Source: Thermosulfurimonas dismutans (GTDB taxonomy: Bacteria > Desulfobacterota > Thermodesulfobacteria > Thermodesulfobacteriales > Thermodesulfobacteriaceae). From it: a stretch of 32,000 bases of DNA. A program made the position numbers and the translations under genes. The stretch is taken from assembly GCF_001652585.1 (NCBI RefSeq), contig NZ_LWLG01000013.1, positions 30,001 to 62,000 of the forward strand. The letters are read 5' to 3'. Under the pieces are notes generated by a model that had not been told where the DNA came from, did no database searches, and saw only the letters and a list, made by a program, of their open reading frames with translations. Position 1 is the first letter of the stretch. Every line of letters begins with the position of its first letter. Shown here in pieces: positions 26,890 to 32,000 of the stretch.

Positions 26890-27297
26890 ATGTCAACCCG
26901 AGACCTTTTGCGGTTTGCAAGAGAAGTGGAAAAGAGCCGTCCCCGACTGAGGCGGGTCCTCAAGGTGGAGGAGCTTTATACCGAGTACCTCACGCGTCTT
27001 CCCCGCCTTCCGGTGGTGCGGGCCGGTTTCGAGGTCCTCAACGAATTTAATCTCCGCATCGTTTCCCCGAAAGCGCTTATTGCGGTGCTCCTCTGTCTTC
27101 CCGAGCGCTCAATGGACCTCTCTGCTTTCGTGCGGGTGCTTCCCGAAGTCTTTCCAGAGGATCTTTCCAGAGCCCTGCAAGTCCTTTCGGGGGACCCCGG
27201 GGTGCTTGCAGTGGTTCTCTACGGTTCAAGGGCTCGAGGAGATGCTCGGCCGGATTCGGACTGGGGTGGTATTCAATTTTGTGTGTCTGGAGAGTAA
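26890..27297 (+). pseudogene. Pol-beta-superfamily (MNT-like) nucleotidyltransferase with a ~110-aa N-terminal extension, truncated inside the catalytic motif by an IS
   Basis: ...VLAVVLYGSRARGDARPDSD|WGGIQFCVSGE*. The G-S motif and first Asp are present. The expected DxD continuation is replaced at 27263 by the IS inverted repeat. AGGAG lies 7 nt upstream of the ATG. Confidence 0.65.
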
Positions 27298-27300
27298 ATA

Positions 27301-27328
27301 AGGAAGGCCCCTGGTGAAGGGCCTTCCT
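27301..27328 (+). promoter_or_regulatory. 10-bp stem-loop in the IS leader
   Basis: AGGAAGGCCC-ctggtgaa-GGGCCTTCCT, 38 nt inside the left IS end and upstream of the transposase SD. The position fits a hairpin that blocks read-through transcription into an IS. Confidence 0.3.
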
Positions 27329-27373
27329 AAAAGAAAAGGGGAAAAGAAGAAACTCATCAAGGAGGTAACCGCT

Positions 27374-28587
27374 ATGAAACAGAATAATCCCTTCACCGAA
27401 GAATTTCTAGAACAACTTAAGGACTGGGAAAACTTTGTCCCCAGAGAGTTCCTCTCCTGGCTCTTTAAAAACCTGGGCCTGGCACACCGCGCCATCCACC
27501 TCAAGAAACATCCCCATGACAAGGGAAACGGCTTCTACGAAAGAACACTACAGATAGGATACAGATAGGAAGTCTTCCTTTTCCCGTAGAGGTGGCCCGT
27601 ACACGGTATGAAAAGTTCCGGCCCTTTTTCCTCCCTCCAGGACACCTCCGGTATCTCCCCGAAGATTACCTCCACCTGACCTCCTCCCTTCTCCTGGGCT
27701 CCCGATCCATCGATAGCGCTTCCCGGGCCCTAAAAAATATGGGCCTCCCCATAAATCAAGATTACCTGGAAGAAGTGATCGAAGAGTTCGTGACCTATCT
27801 CGAGGACCTCAACTCCTGCCCGCTGCCTTCAGATTTGGCCGCCCTCATCCTGGATGCCAAACATATCCACCAGAAGCTCAAAGACGGACAGAAGGTCATG
27901 GGACATACCACCTATGTGGCCCTGGGCCTTACCCTGGATGGGCAGAAGAAGATCCTAGGCCTCTACACCTTCGAGGGCTCAGAGAGCCTCGAGGGCTGGA
28001 AGAAGACCCTGGAGAAGCTTCTTCAGCGGGGGCTGAGGGGGATCCTTATCGTGATCCATGATGACTTCCCTGGACTCCTGGGCCTCACCTCAAGCCTTTT
28101 TCCTCAGGCGGATATTCAACTTTGTACGGTGCACCTTTGCCGGAATGCAAGAAAACACCTCTCCCAGGAGAACTATCGCACCTTTAAGAGCTACTTCAAA
28201 AGCATCAAAGCAAGCCTCAGCTATGAGGAAGGCTTGAGGCTTTTTGATTCTCTTCTCAAGGAGCTTCCACAGGAGAACACCTTTGTGAAGCTTCTTGCAA
28301 AGAAGAAAGAGCACTATCTGGCCTTTTTGAAGTATCCGGAGGAGGTGAGACCGCTGTTTTCCTCGACCAATCTGGCCGAGGGGATCAACCGGAAGATAGA
28401 AGAGGCGGAGAGGGCCTGTGGGGGTTATTTCCATTCGGAACGGGACCGGGACTTCAGGTATGGGGTGCTAGCTAAGGAATTGCTAGAGGGCAGATGGAGG
28501 AGGGTCAACTGGAAATACCAGCGGGTGGCTCACCTCCTGAGATATCTTTTCGAGGAAAGGTTTAAAAATGAGGACCTCTTGGTCTAG
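27374..28587 (+). pseudogene. IS256-family transposase, frameshifted by an 11-bp tandem duplication
   Basis: ATG 27374 with AAGGAGGT upstream. ...GNGFYERTLQIG is followed by TACAGATAGGA duplicated (27549-27559 and 27560-27570). Removing one copy restores ...LQIGSLPFPVEVARTRYEKF... into the 331-aa ORF (DAKHIH..., HDDFPGL, QLCTVHLCRN, SSTNLAEGINRK). Confidence 0.85.
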
Positions 28588-28612
28588 ACACAGAAAACTT
28601 GACAAGCGCCCC

Positions 28613-28795
28613 ATTTGGCCTCAAGGGAGAGAGCGCAAGCCTCTATCCATTGTTTCCGGGAAAACTTGGCTAACCCCTCTATCAGCTTGTCCAGCGCCCC
28701 TTCCTGGAGCTTTTCCAGACGCCCCAGGTTAGCCACGATCCTCTGGCGAACTTTTTCGCCTCACTAGCCCTTCCCTGCTGTCAAACTTGGGTTAG
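28613..28795 (-). pseudogene. IS1634-like element 5' end fragment, copy 1 (internally deleted, cut by the IS256-family element)
   Basis: Minus strand encodes ...VRQRIVANLGRLEKLQEGALDKLIEGLAKFSRKQWIEACALSLEAKW, then hits the IS IR. Shares a ~71-bp block (3 mismatches) and the terminal ...CAAGTTTGACAG... with copy 2. Confidence 0.6.
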
Positions 28796-28840
28796 ACTTT
28801 TTTCTAGAATTCTATTTAGTGGAAGGGTTGGGAGAAGAAA

Positions 28841-29044
28841 ATGAAGATCTACGAAACGGTAGTCACGCCGGATCGAAAAATAGTCGTGGAAAATATTTCT
28901 TTGATGCCGGGAGAAAAGGTCAAGTTGCTGATACTCAGGGAAAAGTCTGGCCGGAAGGGATATCCGCTCAGGGGAAGAAGAGTAGAATATATTGATCCTT
29001 TCGAAAGCGTGGCGGAAGATGAATGGGAAGCCCTAAAATGGTAG
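28841..29044 (+). CDS. putative type II antitoxin (VapB-position)
   Basis: 67 aa ending ...YIDPFESVAEDEWEALKW. Its stop overlaps the PIN gene start (ATGGTAG). Confidence 0.55.
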   Translation: MKIYETVVTPDRKIVVENISLMPGEKVKLLILREKSGRKGYPLRGRRVEYIDPFESVAEDEWEALKW

Positions 29045-29502
29045 TTCTTGACACCCATGTCTGGGTCTGGTGGGTTCATTCTCCAGAAAAATTAACCTCC
29101 AAACAAATTAGTGTCATTCAGGCTAATGAAAACGATTTAATAGGAATCTCGGCCATTTCCTGCTGGGAGATAGCGAAGTTGGTGGAACGGGGACGGTTGC
29201 GGCTTCCCTGCACCCTGGAGGAATGGTTCGATCTGGCTTTTTCCTATCCGGGGATAGAGATAATCCCTCTGACCCCTGAAATCGCCATAGAATCGACCAG
29301 GCTACCTGGAAACTTTCACAGAGATCCGGCGGATCAGCTGATTGTGGCCACAGCTCGGGTCCTGAATTGTCCGCTTGTCCAGCGCCCCTTCCTTAAGCTT
29401 TTCCAGACGCCCCAGGTTAGCCACGATCCTCTGGCGCACTTTTCCACTAACCCGCTTGCCCTCCACGATATAGAGATAGGTTTTTGGAGGTGGAGACGGT
29501 AG
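29038..29502 (+). pseudogene. vapC: PIN-domain toxin (VapC-like), 3' end replaced by IS1634-like sequence
   Basis: MVVLDTHVWVWW (Asp1), ISCWEIAKL (Glu), RDPADQLIVATARVLNCPLV (Asp3). From ~29373 the frame reads through antisense IS sequence (QRPFLKLFQTPQ...), so the last conserved acidic residue is missing. Confidence 0.75.
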
Positions 29503-29608
29503 AACAGAGGCAGGGAAGGGGAAAAAAGGGGGCATTTTAGGGGTATTTTGGGCCGAAAATACTCACTTCAGATTCACCAGCCCTTTCCGACTGTCAAACT
29601 TGAGTTTG
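29373..29608 (-). pseudogene. IS1634-like element 5' end fragment, copy 2 (IR plus first ~45 codons of the transposase)
   Basis: Minus strand encodes MPPFFPFPASVLPSPPPKTYLYIVEGKRVSGKVRQRIVANLGRLEKLKEGALDK. The Y.Y.VE..R..GKVRQR..A.LGRL pattern is the IS1634-family transposase N-terminus as I recall it. Confidence 0.6.
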
Positions 29609-29885
29609 AGGTATGTTGCGAAGAGATTGAGCCAACGCGAGAGGAGAGCTTTTCGTCAGAGGGCTAGACAGCAGCGATTTTGAAGCTAAGATCAAGATGT
29701 TGATGTTTCAAAGCGGACTTTCCCTGTTGGGTGATTTGTTGTATTGCACGAAAGATAAGTATACCAGGGGGACACCTTTTCTTTTAGAATCTCTTAGATT
29801 GGTTGAAATAATGTTAGAAACACTGGTAATTAAGAAGAGTCAAAGTGAAAGAAGTTGAAAAAAATACAACAGAGGAGGTAAAATT

Positions 29886-30911
29886 ATGAAAAGAGCACTG
29901 ATAACTGGTATAAGAGGTCAAGATGGAGCTTACTTAGCAAAACTGCTATTAGAAAAAGGATATGAAGTTTACGGTGCAGACAGGAGGAGTGGCGATTCCA
30001 GTAATTGGCGTTTAAAAGAACTTGGTATAGAAAAATACGTGAAGGTAATTTATATGGATCTTCTAGAGCTAACGAACATACTCAGAGTAATTAAGGAAGT
30101 TCAACCTGACGAGGTATATAATCTTGCAGCACAAAGTTTTGTACAGGCTTCTTTTGAACAGCCTATACTAACGGCAGAGGTAGATGCTATTGGAGTTCTT
30201 AGATTGTTAGAAGCTCTAAGATTTTATAAATCAGATGCAAAATTTTATCAAGCATCAACGAGCGAGATGTTTGGAAAGGTTCAAGAAGTTCCTCAAAAAG
30301 AAACAACACCTTTCTACCCAAGGAGTCCTTATGCTGTAGCCAAGCTCTTTGGACACTGGATTACAGTTAACTACAGAGAATCTTATAACATGTTTGCATG
30401 CTCTGGTATTTTGTTTAATCACGAATCCCCTTTAAGAGGGTTAGAATTTGTAACAAGAAAAATTACTTACACTTTAGCACGGATTAAATATGGATTAGAA
30501 GATAAGCTTATTCTTGGAAATCTTGATGCTAAAAGAGATTGGGGTTATGCTCCCGAATATGTAGAAGTTATGTGGTTAATGCTTCAACAAGATACGCCGG
30601 ATGATTATGTGATAGCAACGGGTGAAACTCATACAGTCAGAGAGTTTGTAGAAAAGGCGGCAGAAATTGCGGGATTTCAAATAGAATGGGAAGGAGAAGG
30701 GATAAATACGAAAGGTATAGATAAGAAAACTGGAAAAATTATAATAGAGGTTTCTCCTAAGTTTTATAGACCTGCTGAAGTAGATATTTTAATAGGAGAT
30801 TATTCTAAGGCAAAAACTAAGCTTGGCTGGAAACCTAAAATTAAATTCGAAGAGCTTGTTAGAATCATGATGGAGGCTGACCTTAAACGAATTGAAAAAG
30901 CGAAACAATAG
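29886..30911 (+). CDS. gmd: GDP-mannose 4,6-dehydratase
   Basis: [79 protein letters not shown] upstream. Confidence 0.95.
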   Translation: MKRALITGIRGQDGAYLAKLLLEKGYEVYGADRRSGDSSNWRLKELGIEKYVKVIYMDLLELTNILRVIKEVQPDEVYNLAAQSFVQASFEQPILTAEVDAIGVLRLLEALRFYKSDAKFYQASTSEMFGKVQEVPQKETTPFYPRSPYAVAKLFGHWITVNYRESYNMFACSGILFNHESPLRGLEFVTRKITYTLARIKYGLEDKLILGNLDAKRDWGYAPEYVEVMWLMLQQDTPDDYVIATGETHTVREFVEKAAEIAGFQIEWEGEGINTKGIDKKTGKIIIEVSPKFYRPAEVDILIGDYSKAKTKLGWKPKIKFEELVRIMMEADLKRIEKAKQ

Positions 30912-31017
30912 ATTAATCTCAACTTATGAGAGTAAATGAAAATTGCAGTAATAGCTAATTGTTAAGCTAAACTATTAGAGTGTTAAAACTTTTTGATTTT
31001 GAATCTAAATAACTTTT

Positions 31018-31026
31018 GGGGGGGGG
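31018..31026 (+). repeat. G9 homopolymer at the SD position of manC
   Basis: ttttGGGGGGGGGcgttctATG. The run ends 6 nt before ATG 31033 and sits in an otherwise AT-rich stretch. Confidence 0.9.
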
Positions 31027-31032
31027 CGTTCT

Positions 31033-32000
31033 ATGTGTCAAGTAAATTTTTTAATACTTGCGGGAGGTTCTGGAACAAGACTTTGGCCGCTATCCAGGAA
31101 AAATTTTCCAAAACAGTTTTTAAAACTACCCCTCCCAAATTCAACTCAACCGGAAAGCTTTTTCCAGAAAACCTTGAAGCGTATAGCTTTATATCCTGAT
31201 GACGCTAATTTTTACATTATTACCAATGAAAAGTATAAATTTTATATTCTAAATCAAATAAAAGAAATTTGGGATAATCCTGACAATTCTTTCGACACGG
31301 TGTTGGAGCCGGCATCCAGAAACACTGCTCCTGCTATTGCCCTTGGAGTAAGATATGCCCTTGAAAAAGGGGCCTCTTTAGAAGATGTGTTCGTTGTAAC
31401 TCCCTCAGACCATTTGATAGAGCCCAAAGAGAAGTTTGTAGAATATCTTGAACGCGCGGTAGAAATAGCAGAAAAAGGTCATATCGTTACCTTCGGTATA
31501 AAACCGACTAAACCCGAAACCGGATACGGTTATATAAAGGCAAATGAGCAATCTTTTCAGGATGGCTATTTTAAGGTTGAAAGATTCGTAGAGAAGCCGG
31601 ATCTGGAAACCGCCAGGAGGTATCTTGAAGAAGGAAATTATTTCTGGAATTCTGGAATGTTCGCCTTTTCTGGTAAAACCTTTATTGAAGAACTTAAAAC
31701 CTATTTACCCGAAGCATCTATAATATTTGAGAAACCCATGGAAGAGGTTTTTCAAAGATTCTCCGATCTTCCTGATATTTCTATAGATTATGCCGTGATG
31801 GAAAAGACGAACAAGGCGGTAGTGCTTCCTTTGTCTTTATATTGGTCCGATATAGGGTCCTGGGAAAGCTTGTTCGAAGTTTTCGAAAAAGACGAGAAGG
31901 GCAACTTGTTGCTTGGCAATGTGCTCGATCTTGATGTGAGGAATTCCTTTGTTTTTGGAGATAGAAGACTTATTGCCCTTTTAGGGGTGAAAGATCTGGT
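31033..32000 (+). CDS. manC: mannose-1-phosphate guanylyltransferase (runs off the right edge)
   Basis: Absent from the ORF track (no stop in the window). My own translation: MCQVNFLILAGGSGTRLWPLSRKNFPKQFLKL...EPASRNTAPAIALG...VTPSDHLI...TFGIKPTKPETGYGYI...FVEKPDLETARRYLEEGNYFWNSGMFAF...SIDYAVMEK...WSDIGSW. The track ORF 30993-31199 is an off-frame artefact. Confidence 0.9.
   Translation, partial: MCQVNFLILAGGSGTRLWPLSRKNFPKQFLKLPLPNSTQPESFFQKTLKRIALYPDDANFYIITNEKYKFYILNQIKEIWDNPDNSFDTVLEPASRNTAPAIALGVRYALEKGASLEDVFVVTPSDHLIEPKEKFVEYLERAVEIAEKGHIVTFGIKPTKPETGYGYIKANEQSFQDGYFKVERFVEKPDLETARRYLEEGNYFWNSGMFAFSGKTFIEELKTYLPEASIIFEKPMEEVFQRFSDLPDISIDYAVMEKTNKAVVLPLSLYWSDIGSWESLFEVFEKDEKGNLLLGNVLDLDVRNSFVFGDRRLIALLGVKDL

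Larger units (their letters stand above)
27263..28612 (+). mobile_element. second IS256-family element (~1350 bp), transposase inactivated, no target duplication
   Basis: IRs GGGGTGGTATTCAATTTTGTGTGTCTGGAG (27263 onward) and GGGGCGCTTGTCAAGTTTTCTGTGTCTAGAC (complement from 28612). The flanks differ (ttcggact versus atttggcc). Confidence 0.72.

Noticed and set aside
26457-27050. A 197-aa Arg/Pro/Gly-rich ORF, and the antisense 100-aa ORF at 26476-26778
   Set aside because: They overlap two well-supported genes (an MPE with all five motifs, and the NTase) in other frames. Long open alternative frames are expected in GC-rich DNA. The composition is low-complexity.
30993-31199. A 68-aa ORF from the track
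   Set aside because: It is off-frame relative to the clearly conserved manC reading frame that starts at 31033 and stays open to the window edge.
1-32000. CRISPR arrays, and sigma-54 promoters (TGGCAC-N5-TTGC) that could be targets of the NtrC-type regulator
   Set aside because: By eye I saw no regularly spaced repeat array of 20 bp or longer. The only TGGCAC noticed (24479-24484, overlapping the ATG of the 250-aa gene) lacks a properly spaced TTGC. A computational scan is needed to be sure.

Overview
The window has three parts and looks like a thermophile-style Gram-negative chromosome with E/K/R-rich proteins; I cannot name the species.

(1) 1-19.5 kb is a tightly packed housekeeping region. 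It holds argS (partial, missed by the ORF track), a CooT-like gene, rluA-family, a lapA-like/ykgJ/histidine-phosphatase/histidine-kinase/sigma-54 response-regulator operon, and an ilvD-pfkB-mlaE-mlaF-mlaD operon ending in an unusual WP-repeat outer-membrane-type protein. It also holds nifU-like, rpoZ, dnaJ, moaC, dksA-like, galT-like, rsmG, and a B12-radical-SAM/LPS-kinase-like/zinc-ribbon operon.

(2) 19.5-29.6 kb is an accessory region full of insertion sequences. It starts at an orphan tRNA 3' half, which looks like an att-site remnant. It contains hicBA, nested IS3-like and IS256-like remnants, an intact IS256-family element with a perfect 8-bp target duplication, a frameshifted second IS256-family element, two IS1634-like 5' end fragments and a truncated vapBC.

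The most interesting locus is at 21.1-27.3 kb. A PLD(HKD)-nuclease/P-loop NTPase gene, split in frame by the intact IS, sits divergently from an operon. That operon encodes an orphan 250-aa protein, two divergent Dbr1-like metallophosphoesterases and a Pol-beta nucleotidyltransferase that the second IS truncates. I do not recognise this gene combination as any named defence or repair system, and I flag it as the candidate novel system.

(3) 29.6-32 kb is a sharply AT-richer block with gmd and manC (partial, missed by the ORF track). A G9 homopolymer sits at the manC ribosome-binding position.

All functional calls come from reading motifs in the translations. No database search was run.
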